From positions 4,803-68,802 of the forward strand of contig CAZMHH010000007.1 in assembly GCA_964566035.1 (NCBI GenBank): a stretch of 64,000 nt of DNA. The letters are read 5' to 3'. Shown one piece after another: positions 31,973 through 41,542 of this stretch. The notes under the pieces were generated by a model, which was not told where the DNA came from, did not search any database, and worked only from the letters and a program-made list of their open reading frames with translations. The position numbers and the translations under genes are program-made. Source of the stretch: an uncultured Thermodesulfobacteriota bacterium. GTDB lineage: Bacteria; Desulfobacterota; WTBG01; CAIYCZ01; CAIRTM01. Numbering within the stretch: position 1 is the first letter of the stretch; each line of letters starts with the position of its first letter.

Positions 31973-33367
31973 TTGTTTTGCTTAAGAGCCAATAGCAGAA
32001 CAGCTATTATGTCAAAGATATATGATTATTACATGAAAAGATTTAATGCCTCTCAGGTTGGAGTGGATGCAGCTCAGAGACGCATAGGATCAGAACTTAA
32101 ATTTCCGCTTGTATGTGAAGATGGGTCAGCTGTAAGTCGTGATGTGGTAGATGTTTTATGGTCATATCTGCAGGGGCTTGGATGGAAACCGGTTGTTGAT
32201 GGAATGACTAAAAAAATAGTAGGAGCTCAGCGGCCCGGTGAGAAAAATGATACCATTGCATCATGTGAAACCGGTTATTGTAAAACAGAATTTTCACTTT
32301 CCCATGTTGCTGACCTTAACCAGTTGAATAAAGATATAGAAGATCTTAAACACATTCTTCAGAATTTTTCAGAACAACACCGTGTCAGATTTCTTGGATA
32401 TGGAATACATCCGGTTTCACACCCAGGCAAAAAGTTATTGATGAAAAAAAGCCGTTCAGGTGTATGGGACAAATTGTTTGGAGCCAATCGACATATCGCT
32501 CATGAGGATGGTGATGATGTGCATCTTTTCACTGTTAACGCTGCAAGCCATACTCATATAAGTGTAGCCCCAGATGAGGCCGTAAAAACCGTAAATGTGC
32601 TTAATGGTTTTGCAGGAGCCCAGATTGCACTCAATGCCAATTCAAGTATCTGGAAAGGTGATATTGATCCCCGATATAAATGTGTTGCTGAAAAATTCTG
32701 GGATTGGTGGATGTCTGACAGAAAAAGGATTGGTGTTCCTGAAGTTCCGTTTCGGGATATGCGCCATTATATTGATACCGTATCAGAGTTCAGGCCAGTG
32801 TTTATTCTGAGAGAAGGGAAACCATTGCTCCTTAGCAGGTATGATTCCTTTGCAGGATATTTTGACGAAACCGATGCCATAGCTGTTGATACTGATAATA
32901 AAGAAGTTAATGTTGTCCCGGAGCATGGAGATTTTGATCTGCACTGCACCTGTTACTGGTATAATGCAAGGATATCGCGCTATTTTACAGTTGAAAACAG
33001 AATTAATGATCAGCAGCCTCCCGCAGAATTGATGACTGTTCCTGCAATAACCCTTGGTCTTGTATCAGCACTTGATGAAGCATGGGAAGAGGTTAGAGTC
33101 TGGGACTGGATTGAGATTCGAAAAAGCAGGGAGACAGCCTGTGAAAAAGCTATGGATGGTGCTATTGGAAAGGTTTCACTTGTTGAGTATATCCAACGAA
33201 TGCTGTCTGTTGCAAGGCTTGGTTTAGAACGAAGGGGCAGAGGAGAAGAGATGTTTCTTGCACCTCTTTTTGAACGTCTTCAAAACAGGAAGTGCCCTGC
33301 AGAAGAATCCGAAAGAGTGTTTAGAAAAGAGGGTATGGCAGGATTTCTTAATTCGGTAACAATATAA
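31973..33367 (+). CDS. glutamate--cysteine ligase family 2 (GCS2/YbdK/EgtA-like carboxylate-amine ligase), putative
   Basis: N-terminal 'IGSELKFPLV' resembles the GCS2 'GxExEFxLVD' motif. The ORF starts at a TTG, since the track uses alternative start codons. The true start could instead be the ATG at 32009. Confidence 0.45.
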   Translation: MFCLRANSRTAIMSKIYDYYMKRFNASQVGVDAAQRRIGSELKFPLVCEDGSAVSRDVVDVLWSYLQGLGWKPVVDGMTKKIVGAQRPGEKNDTIASCETGYCKTEFSLSHVADLNQLNKDIEDLKHILQNFSEQHRVRFLGYGIHPVSHPGKKLLMKKSRSGVWDKLFGANRHIAHEDGDDVHLFTVNAASHTHISVAPDEAVKTVNVLNGFAGAQIALNANSSIWKGDIDPRYKCVAEKFWDWWMSDRKRIGVPEVPFRDMRHYIDTVSEFRPVFILREGKPLLLSRYDSFAGYFDETDAIAVDTDNKEVNVVPEHGDFDLHCTCYWYNARISRYFTVENRINDQQPPAELMTVPAITLGLVSALDEAWEEVRVWDWIEIRKSRETACEKAMDGAIGKVSLVEYIQRMLSVARLGLERRGRGEEMFLAPLFERLQNRKCPAEESERVFRKEGMAGFLNSVTI

Positions 33368-33385
33368 CATGACTATTATTAGAAA

Positions 33386-34627
33386 ATGAACAATACAAAT
33401 ACATCTCAGCCTACCTTGGCGCTTGATTTGCCGCCAGGCATGACAATAGAAGATTTGATATATCCTGTTTACTATCTTGATACAACTCAAATCAACCTTA
33501 ATGATTCTGACAGTAAAGCAATAGTAAACAATGCGTTATATGATTTATTCTGTCTTGCCCATGATGGTGCTGTTAAGGGACAAACTCTCATTAAACTGCA
33601 TATTGGCGAACCACGTTGCAAGACAAGGTTGCGTCCGGAATATACTGCTTCTATTAAGCGTTTCCTTGAACATCAGGGAGCAGACAGTGTTGTTGCCGGT
33701 GATTCAACGGTTGCATATACAGGAATGCGCGGGCATAAACAGAACCCCATAGATGATGTTTCCAGTTATATGAACCTTGCCGAAAAGCATGGCTGGTCTG
33801 TGAATGGAACTGCGGGGGTTCCGTTCGTTGTGCTTGATAGACCTTGTTCTGCAATACAAGGTGTATATGAGTTCGGTGAGGAACAGCAATGCAGAAAGGT
33901 GGACGGGGTAGCAAGATATACAGACTTTTTCTTATCCGGTGGATTTGCTGAAGCGGATTTTATTGTTAACAGTGCACACCTGACACTGCATGGTTTGGCA
34001 GGACTGGCAGGTTGTGTTAAGAACATTGCAATGGGGTGCGCCGGTTTGACAGGAAAATTGAGAATGCATCAGTTTCTTCTTCCCGGATTTGATGGGGATT
34101 TATGCACGCGTTGCGGGATATGTGTTGCAAACTGTCCGGAAGATGCTCTATCATTAACTGATACTGATCTATTTCCCTGGGTTGCTGAAGGGGTATGTAT
34201 CGGGTGCGGGGAGTGTGTTTCATTATGTCCAAGTAAGGCTGTAAAGCTGTCCGGAAAAGATATCAATGACTGGTCAAGGGGAGAGGAGACACTTCCCGTA
34301 CGTATGGCAGATTATACCATAGGGCTCATGAACGGATTCTGGGATAAATCCCTGCATGTGCTGCATATGTATAGCATAACGGAACTTTGTGACTGTGTGG
34401 ATAAGTTTCAAAAACCATTTGTGGATGATTTAGGCTTTGTTGTCAGTAAAAATCCCTTTGCGGTTGATCTTGTAAGTGCCGACCTGCTCAGCAGAAAACA
34501 TTCAGAAAGCGTTTCAGTAAATATTGATAAGAAAATTAAATCTGCGGAGTTAATAGCTGATTATGTAAAAGAAAAATATGGTATTTTCAGTAAAGTTCCT
34601 GTGCATAAAGTTGTAATAAAAAAATGA
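33386..34627 (+). CDS. DUF362-family protein with inserted 2x[4Fe-4S] ferredoxin domain
   Basis: Two 'CxxCxxCxxxCP' motifs (CTRCGICVANCP and CIGCGECVSLCP). DUF362-like N- and C-terminal blocks. Confidence 0.55.
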   Translation: MNNTNTSQPTLALDLPPGMTIEDLIYPVYYLDTTQINLNDSDSKAIVNNALYDLFCLAHDGAVKGQTLIKLHIGEPRCKTRLRPEYTASIKRFLEHQGADSVVAGDSTVAYTGMRGHKQNPIDDVSSYMNLAEKHGWSVNGTAGVPFVVLDRPCSAIQGVYEFGEEQQCRKVDGVARYTDFFLSGGFAEADFIVNSAHLTLHGLAGLAGCVKNIAMGCAGLTGKLRMHQFLLPGFDGDLCTRCGICVANCPEDALSLTDTDLFPWVAEGVCIGCGECVSLCPSKAVKLSGKDINDWSRGEETLPVRMADYTIGLMNGFWDKSLHVLHMYSITELCDCVDKFQKPFVDDLGFVVSKNPFAVDLVSADLLSRKHSESVSVNIDKKIKSAELIADYVKEKYGIFSKVPVHKVVIKK

Positions 34628-34805
34628 AGCTGTTTGAAGCAATCTGCTAAGTGCAGTTTTTTAAGTGAAAGCACCTCTTCCTTGAGCAAAGACTTACAAT
34701 CAGAAAATTGATACCTGACAACAGATCATCTGCAAATATCTATGTGCTGTAATTTAAAGGCAAAGCCCAAGCAGTTTATCTACACTATTTTTTGCAGGAT
34801 ATTCA

Positions 34806-35780
34806 ATGATACGGTTTGAAGAGATATCCAAGGTATATCCGGGAAAAGTAAAGGCGGTTTCCGGTATATCACTTGATGTTTCAGCCGGAGAAACGCTTGT
34901 ATTGCTTGGAACAAGCGGAAGCGGAAAGACTACCCTTTTAAAGATGGTGAACAGATTGATAGAACCATCAGGAGGGCGTATCCTGATTGAGCAACAGGAT
35001 ATTATGGATTATAATCCTGTAGAGCTAAGGCGAAGGATTGGATATGCTATTCAGCATATAGGGCTGTTTCCCCATATGACTGTCGCAGAGAATATTGCTG
35101 TTGTTCCTCAACTGTTGAAATGGTCTCGTAAAAACATACTTCAACAAACTGAAAAGTTATTATCCATGACAGGTCTCGCACCGGATGAATTTAAGGACAG
35201 ATATCCGTTCCAGTTGAGCGGGGGCCAAAGGCAGAGGGTTGGGGTAGCAAGGGCATTGGCTGCCGATCCTGTAATTGTGCTTATGGATGAACCTTTTGGT
35301 GCATTAGATCCTCTCACCCGAGAAAGCCTGCAGGATGAGTTTATAGAGCTTGAAGCTGATATTAAAAAAACTATTCTTTTTGTCACCCATGATGTGTTTG
35401 AGGCTGTAAAAATGGGAGACAGGGTTGCGCTTATAGACAACGGCATTCTGCAACAGCTTTCTACCCCTTCAGAACTTATAGAAAATCCTGCCAACGAATT
35501 TGTTTCATCTTTCCTGGGCCAGCATCGGTTTCAGTTATTACTTCTTACAAAAAAACTTAAAGATGTAATTAAAGCCGGTGAAACAGAGTGGATTGAACAA
35601 ACAAAGCCGGAAGTCTATCTTGATGCAGAACAGTCAATTATTAAGGCGCTTGACACATTCGGGAAAACCAAAACAAAAACCTTGCCCGTGTTTGAGGGGG
35701 AATCAAATAATATAGGAACTCTTGCAAAAAAGGAGTTGCTTGCTATTATTTCAGATATTCTGGGGGATATCAGTCAATAG
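34806..35780 (+). CDS. ABC transporter ATP-binding protein, osmoprotectant (glycine betaine/choline/carnitine) uptake type (OpuCA/OpuBA-like)
   Basis: Walker A 'GTSGSGKTT', signature 'LSGGQRQRV' and Walker B 'LMDEPFGALD'. C-terminal regulatory extension. Confidence 0.85.
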   Translation: MIRFEEISKVYPGKVKAVSGISLDVSAGETLVLLGTSGSGKTTLLKMVNRLIEPSGGRILIEQQDIMDYNPVELRRRIGYAIQHIGLFPHMTVAENIAVVPQLLKWSRKNILQQTEKLLSMTGLAPDEFKDRYPFQLSGGQRQRVGVARALAADPVIVLMDEPFGALDPLTRESLQDEFIELEADIKKTILFVTHDVFEAVKMGDRVALIDNGILQQLSTPSELIENPANEFVSSFLGQHRFQLLLLTKKLKDVIKAGETEWIEQTKPEVYLDAEQSIIKALDTFGKTKTKTLPVFEGESNNIGTLAKKELLAIISDILGDISQ

Positions 35781-35845
35781 TTATAATACAGCGTGGACTG
35801 TATTTTCCGGAAGAACACTTAAAACCTAATACAGGTTGATAAAAA

Positions 35846-36514
35846 ATGGATTTGGCAACCTTCTGGCAGAGAATGGGGCAGGATATAATACATGCAACGA
35901 TAGAACATATTTATCTTACCTTTATCGCTCTTATTTTGGCCTTGTTTATCGCTATCCCTCTGGGTATATATCTCACGAGAACCAGATATCAAAAACTTGC
36001 AGATATTGTTCTCAATATTTTTGGTGTGGTTCAGACAATTCCAAGTCTTGCTCTTATTGCCCTCATAGTTGTCATTTTTGCTTTAGCAGGTTTGCCAACT
36101 ATAGGTACGTTGCCGGGTATAGTAGCCCTTGTTATGTATGCCCTGCTTCCGTTATTGCGCAATACTTATACCGGCATTAAGCAGGTTGATCCAGCTCTTA
36201 TAGAAGTAGCCAGGGGAATGGGGATGAGAGACTATCAAATGCTTTTTACTGTCGAACTGCCTTTGGCTCTGCCTGTAATTACAGCAGGTATAAGGATTTC
36301 AACGGTCTGGACGATAGGTGTGGCAACACTTGTGGGGCTTATCGGGGCAGGAGGGTTGGGTGATCTTATTATCAGGGGACTGAGAACAATACAGATTGAT
36401 TATCTTTTAGCCGGCACTGTACCTGCTGCTATTCTTGCGCTCTTGGCGGATTTTATAATAAGCAGGCTTGAGCGCTGGCTAGTGCCTGAAGGGCTTTCCA
36501 AAAACAGTCAGTAG
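35846..36514 (+). CDS. ABC transporter permease (OpuCB/OpuBB-like)
   Basis: Five or six TM segments. 'EVARGMGMRDYQMLFTVELPLA' is the EAA loop. Confidence 0.85.
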   Translation: MDLATFWQRMGQDIIHATIEHIYLTFIALILALFIAIPLGIYLTRTRYQKLADIVLNIFGVVQTIPSLALIALIVVIFALAGLPTIGTLPGIVALVMYALLPLLRNTYTGIKQVDPALIEVARGMGMRDYQMLFTVELPLALPVITAGIRISTVWTIGVATLVGLIGAGGLGDLIIRGLRTIQIDYLLAGTVPAAILALLADFIISRLERWLVPEGLSKNSQ

Positions 36515-36569
36515 AGAAAAACGGGGATCACAAAACTGACAAACAGATCGGATATGCGAGACGATTTTT

Positions 36570-37511
36570 ATGACATTAAAAACAAAACTTTTAACTATTG
36601 TCGGAGTCAGTATCCTTATCGGAGCATTGCTTTTCGCAACTCAGAAGGATAAGGTAACCGGTTTCAGACCAGCTTTTGATGCGGAATTCTTAGCCAGACC
36701 CGACGGATACAGGGGGCTTAAAAAAATATATAAACTTGAATTTCCTGTGCGGCCATTGCAAATGGAACCGGGACTTATGTATAGAGCATTAAAGGATAAA
36801 GCTGTTAATGTAATTAACGCATTTGCAACTGACGGCAGAATTCCTGCCTACAACCTTATTACCCTTGAAGATGACAGAGGTTTTTTCCCCCCTTATTATG
36901 CAGCGCCAGTTATCAGGCGTGATACACTTGATAAATATCCTGAACTTGAATCCGTACTCAATGTATTGGCAGGGAGGATAACACAAAAAAAGATGCAACA
37001 ACTCAACTATAAGGTGGATGAAAAGCGCATGAGAGCAGCAGATGTAGCTGCTGATTTTCTGGTTTCAGAAGGGCTGATACAGACAGGAAATATCTCTTCG
37101 CAGCCGACGGCAGGGAGAGTTGCAGTTGGGGCGAAACACTTTACCGAGCAGGAAATATTGGGTGAAATGCTGTCGTTGCTCATAGAACAAAATACCAGCC
37201 TACAGGTAAAACGTTATTTGAATCTTGGAGGAACACTAATATGTTTTAACGCTTTAAGAACAGGGGGTATAGACATATATGCGGAATATACAGGTACAGG
37301 CCTTATCAACATTTTAAATGAAGATATGGTTTCTGACCCTGAACAAGCCTATCAAAAAGTAAAAGAAGAGTTTAAGGAGCAGTTTGATATTTTATGGCTT
37401 AAACCCTTTGGTTTCAATAATACCTATACACTTACCATGCGCAAAGATGAGGCTGAAAAACTTGCAATAGAGTCCATTTCAGACCTTTCTGAATTTCTTC
37501 AAAATCAATAA
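36570..37511 (+). CDS. glycine betaine/quaternary amine ABC substrate-binding protein (OpuAC-fold, OpuCC-like)
   Basis: Signal/TM anchor. 'NAFATDGRIPAYNLITLEDDRGFFPPYYAAPVIR' is typical of OpuCC/OpuBC-type binding proteins. Confidence 0.8.
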   Translation: MTLKTKLLTIVGVSILIGALLFATQKDKVTGFRPAFDAEFLARPDGYRGLKKIYKLEFPVRPLQMEPGLMYRALKDKAVNVINAFATDGRIPAYNLITLEDDRGFFPPYYAAPVIRRDTLDKYPELESVLNVLAGRITQKKMQQLNYKVDEKRMRAADVAADFLVSEGLIQTGNISSQPTAGRVAVGAKHFTEQEILGEMLSLLIEQNTSLQVKRYLNLGGTLICFNALRTGGIDIYAEYTGTGLINILNEDMVSDPEQAYQKVKEEFKEQFDILWLKPFGFNNTYTLTMRKDEAEKLAIESISDLSEFLQNQ

Positions 37512-37904
37512 CCCTGAATTTTCTGATACCGGAAAGCCAGTTCCAGATAACAGATAACCCATGACTCCATTTATATACTTCTGCCAGCTATGAACCAAAT
37601 ATTTAACCAGTATTATAGAGTTGAAATAATACAAGTATCCTGATATTATAGCCTGAATATTATTGAAAAATATGTAATATAAACTGACCAATAAGCAGTA
37701 TTTACAGAGTGAGCATCCCCGACTGTCATTTCAAAGGATCATAGCGACTGAGAAATATAAGTTTATAGTACATATCTTTCCGATTTTTTTTACCTTCGAA
37801 TTGAGGATTTAAATGACAGGAGCAGGATAGTAATTATATATTGCATTTTATACTGTTAAGAGTATTTGAGACTGATAATATTTTTTGTGTATGGAGAGTT
37901 TCAG

Positions 37905-39464
37905 GTGAATAAAAGAGTTAATAAACAGGGAAAAGTTGTGGTAGTAGGGGCAGGGGCAGGAGGGTTAAGCTCTGCTGTTCACCTTGCTGCACAAGGCTGG
38001 GAAGTGGTGATATTTGAAAAAGAGGAGACCCCGGGAGGAAGGTTAGGAGCCATTGAATCTGATGGATACCGTATTGATGTCGGAGCGACCATCCTTATGA
38101 TGTATGATGTGTTTGAGCAGTTTTTTTCTGGCTTGGGAAGGGACATTAAAGATTATCTGGAATTGACCCGCTTAAACCCATGTTACCATCTAAATTTTAC
38201 TGACGGAACCATGATGACTCCTTCAAATGATCTTAAACATAACCTTGATGAAATAAGAGCCATAAATCCCGATGACGTAGAAGGCTATCTCAAGTATCTT
38301 GCCCAGATTCACAGGCGCTATATGGTTGCCCGGTATAATTTCATTGAAAAGCCAATGACAAGGCTCAGAGACTTTCTTAATATAAAAACACTTACAAGCA
38401 TGTTGAAGCTTAAAACATTAAACAACATGTATGCTGATATCAGCCGTTTTGTAAAAGATGAACGGGTTCGCATATCGCTTACCTTTCAGTCAATTTATCT
38501 TGGTATTTCACCATATCAGGCGCCTTCAATCTATACATTAATTCCCTATGTTGAGCACGGACTTAGCGGAATATGGTATCCAAAAGGCGGTATGAACTCT
38601 ATTACAAGAGCTCTTGTTTGTCTGCTGGAAGAGTTCGGAGGAGAGATTCATCTAAAAAGCTCTGTAGAGAGCATAACAGTTGAAAATGGGCAGGTTAAGG
38701 GGGTGACTCTCAGCACCGGCAAAACAGTGTCTGCAGATGTTGTGATTTCAAATGTTGATTTTCCAACAACCATGCAGAAACTGGTACCGAAACAGCACAG
38801 GGGAGGCTATACACTTCCTAAGTTTGAAAGTATGACAAACTCCTGCGGCTGCATGATGTTTTATCTTGGTTCAAAGCAGCGGTATAACAGTCTGGGTGTT
38901 CACAATATTTATTTTACTGAAAATTACAAGAAGAGCCTTGATCAGATTTTTATTGAAAAGGTTCTGCCTGATGACCCTGCAATATATATATACTCGCCAA
39001 CACGCATTGATCCCTGTCTCGCCCCTGAAGGAGAAGAGATAATCTATGTTTTAGTTCCTGTTCCCAATATGGGAAGCAATGTAAACTGGGAGACAGAGGG
39101 CAAAGACTATCGCAGGCTGGTTTTTGAAAAACTTGAAAAATGCGGTCTGGAGGGTTTAAGAAAGAATATTGTTTTTGAAAAATATGCTGATCCAGGAACA
39201 TTCAGTGAACGGTTCAACACCTATCAGGGTGCAGGGTTTGGGCTTGCGCCGACCCTCTTTCAGTCGGGTTATTTCAGACCTTCTATTAAATCAAAAAAAG
39301 TTTCAGGGCTCTATTATGCCGGTGCAAGTGTTCACCCAGGCGGAGGGGTGCCTGTGGTGCTGGTCTGCGGCAGGCTTGTTGCACAGCAGATTCATTCAGA
39401 TAATAAATTAAACTGGGCGGTTCATACAAAGAAAAGCCATTATCTTCTTGAAAGACAAAATTGA
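37905..39464 (+). CDS. phytoene desaturase-family FAD-dependent oxidoreductase (CrtI/CrtD-like)
   Basis: Dinucleotide fold 'KVVVVGAGAGGLSSAVHLAAQGWEVVIFEKEETPGGR' and C-terminal 'GLYYAGASVHPGGGVP'. Start set to the GTG preceded by GGAGAG. Confidence 0.8.
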   Translation: MNKRVNKQGKVVVVGAGAGGLSSAVHLAAQGWEVVIFEKEETPGGRLGAIESDGYRIDVGATILMMYDVFEQFFSGLGRDIKDYLELTRLNPCYHLNFTDGTMMTPSNDLKHNLDEIRAINPDDVEGYLKYLAQIHRRYMVARYNFIEKPMTRLRDFLNIKTLTSMLKLKTLNNMYADISRFVKDERVRISLTFQSIYLGISPYQAPSIYTLIPYVEHGLSGIWYPKGGMNSITRALVCLLEEFGGEIHLKSSVESITVENGQVKGVTLSTGKTVSADVVISNVDFPTTMQKLVPKQHRGGYTLPKFESMTNSCGCMMFYLGSKQRYNSLGVHNIYFTENYKKSLDQIFIEKVLPDDPAIYIYSPTRIDPCLAPEGEEIIYVLVPVPNMGSNVNWETEGKDYRRLVFEKLEKCGLEGLRKNIVFEKYADPGTFSERFNTYQGAGFGLAPTLFQSGYFRPSIKSKKVSGLYYAGASVHPGGGVPVVLVCGRLVAQQIHSDNKLNWAVHTKKSHYLLERQN

Positions 39465-39560
39465 TGGAATACCTGCTTTTATTGCAATAATCTTGATTAT
39501 CATCATCTTTTGAAATCTATATCCAGAAGCAAATAAAATTGTTCTTGCATAAAAAAAAGC

Positions 39561-40367
39561 CTAAAGCACCCCCCTTTTTTTAGCAATAATTCTGACAGTT
39601 GAATTTATAATTATAACAAGACAGATCGCAGTTGATACAACTACCAAAATGTCAACAGGATCATCCCTCAGCCTGGCTACAATTATCGCCAGAAAAGCCC
39701 AGACTGCCACCAGTCCGTAAAGCCAGTCACGGTATTTAAAGATTACGGAAAGAACAATTGCAGTGGCAATAATCAAGACCATGACCATCCAGAAAGCCTC
39801 AGACAGCCCTAATCTTCCCCATCCAATTGAAATCAGAAAAGCACTTACATTTGCAACCGTAGCAATAGTTATCCAGCCCAGATAAATGCTGAAAGCACAT
39901 CGGACAAGAGAGCCTAACCTTTCTTCTTTTACTGCCGGATCCTGAAGTTTTTTATATATTAAAATTAAATTAATTAAAAGAGCTATCATTACAATAAGTG
40001 ACAGTCCGATTCTCAGATATAGCCATGCGAAAATCCAGCCTGAATTGAGAAGACAGGAGATAAAGAATAAATATGATATTTTTTCTACATATAACAGCTT
40101 TTTCCCATCCTTTTTGACAAGACCTTTTGCCTGATAAACTGCAAAAATACCCAGCAACAGGTAAATTAACCCCCATATAGAAAAAGCATAACCGGCAGGC
40201 ACAAAAATGTTGGAAAACTTGCCTGAAACCTCTCCTACCGTCATATTGTTAATCGGCAGGGCATTTGCCAGATAATTTACGGTCAACATTGCCATAAAAC
40301 CCAGTAAATTAAAAATTTGCATCTGTTTGTATTTGTAGTTTTTTGAATTTTTAGCAATTTTAATCAT
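39561..40367 (-). CDS. TspO/MBR-related integral membrane protein (extended form)
   Basis: 'IFVPAGYAFSIWGLIYLLLGIFAVY' resembles the TspO TM1-TM2 signature, but the protein is longer than canonical TspO. Confidence 0.45.
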   Translation of the reverse strand: MIKIAKNSKNYKYKQMQIFNLLGFMAMLTVNYLANALPINNMTVGEVSGKFSNIFVPAGYAFSIWGLIYLLLGIFAVYQAKGLVKKDGKKLLYVEKISYLFFISCLLNSGWIFAWLYLRIGLSLIVMIALLINLILIYKKLQDPAVKEERLGSLVRCAFSIYLGWITIATVANVSAFLISIGWGRLGLSEAFWMVMVLIIATAIVLSVIFKYRDWLYGLVAVWAFLAIIVARLRDDPVDILVVVSTAICLVIIINSTVRIIAKKRGVL

Positions 40368-40415
40368 GATATGCCTTATTATTGTTTGTTTAATGTTTTG
40401 TTTGGACCCTGAACA

Positions 40416-40853
40416 TTATTTATCTGTGTTGCAATGTTTCTGAATTAATTCTTCGGCAAAATATCCCAGTTCTCCCGCTTTATGCAGATCTGAACAAGCC
40501 CCGTCTTTGTCACCGAGTTTAATTTTCACTAAACCTCTGTCATAATAAGCCCATGCATTCTTAGGGTCAACTTCTACTGCTTTGTTGAAATATGTTAATG
40601 CCTCTTCATAATTTCCGAGTCTGGCTTGTAATGAACCCTTAATATAAAGATCAGATCCATCATCTGGTTTAATATTCTTTTGCCCGCCCTCTTCAGAAGA
40701 TTCGATAGATTTATTGTTATCAAAAACCTTGCTGCCATGAACAATTTTTTCAATTTCATGTTGCACGTAATCAGTAAGTTTCTCTATCTCGTCTTGTCCA
40801 AAAAGAATAGCAATACAAAGTACAGCCATTAAAACAAGTAACACTTTTTGCAT
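40416..40853 (-). CDS. secreted TPR-repeat protein
   Basis: Signal peptide followed by TPR-like 'YEEALTYFNKAVEVDPKNAWAYYDRGLVKIKLGD'. Confidence 0.7.
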   Translation of the reverse strand: MQKVLLVLMAVLCIAILFGQDEIEKLTDYVQHEIEKIVHGSKVFDNNKSIESSEEGGQKNIKPDDGSDLYIKGSLQARLGNYEEALTYFNKAVEVDPKNAWAYYDRGLVKIKLGDKDGACSDLHKAGELGYFAEELIQKHCNTDK

Positions 40854-41475
40854 GCTTATTACCTTCTATGTAAATTTTTCCAGAAAACCAATAGGGGTTG
40901 AAGTGTTAAAAGTCTGTCATAAAAGTCATTTTATCAAAGGGCAGTGTTTGAACTATATCAATACATCTGCTGAAAGTTGTATCTATCTACAATAATATAT
41001 CAGTTTGATAAAAATATCAATTTTATAAGTTTAAATAGTGCCGCCCTATATTGTTGTTTTCAGGAAAACCATGCATTGGGTCATGGTTTCCAGAAAAGTG
41101 CAACTAAAACAGAAAGTGTTTTATTAACATTCTTAATGATGTTAATTTTATCGCTTGACTTAGCCCGATAGCATTTAAATTGAACAGGTCTTGAAAAACT
41201 CAGTTTTTGTTTTGTCTCATCATTGTCTTGCTAACGGCCGTATAATGAATTCAATGATACCAGGCAATTTCGTTCATCCTGTATCCGTAGTTTAAATGGC
41301 CTGTCATAGCCGTATCTCCAATTATATTTACGGGTATAAACTCTGTCTAACTGCCTCATTCTTTTTGTTCAAGTCTTTTCTTATCACATTATACTATATA
41401 TTGTAATAATGACCGCTAACTTGTACCGTTATTTGTTGAACAGGCAAGTTCGCATGCCCTATGATAACTTTTTTA

Positions 41476-41504
41476 TTGACATAAAAGACTGGTTTTTCTA
41501 TACT
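41476..41504 (+). promoter_or_regulatory. sigma70-type promoter (TTGACA-17-TATACT) upstream of the cNMP/FHA gene
   Basis: TTGACA at 41476-41481, a 17-nt spacer, and TATACT at 41499-41504. Confidence 0.4.
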
Positions 41505-41542
41505 TCATATAAAATAAGCAGATTAAAAATGACGTAATTTCT

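Noticed and set aside
35836-36180. 114-aa ORF overlapping the ABC permease gene in another frame
   Set aside because: The overlapping frame, 35846-36514, encodes a well-formed permease with an EAA loop. The alternative frame is Tyr/Cys/Ser-rich nonsense.
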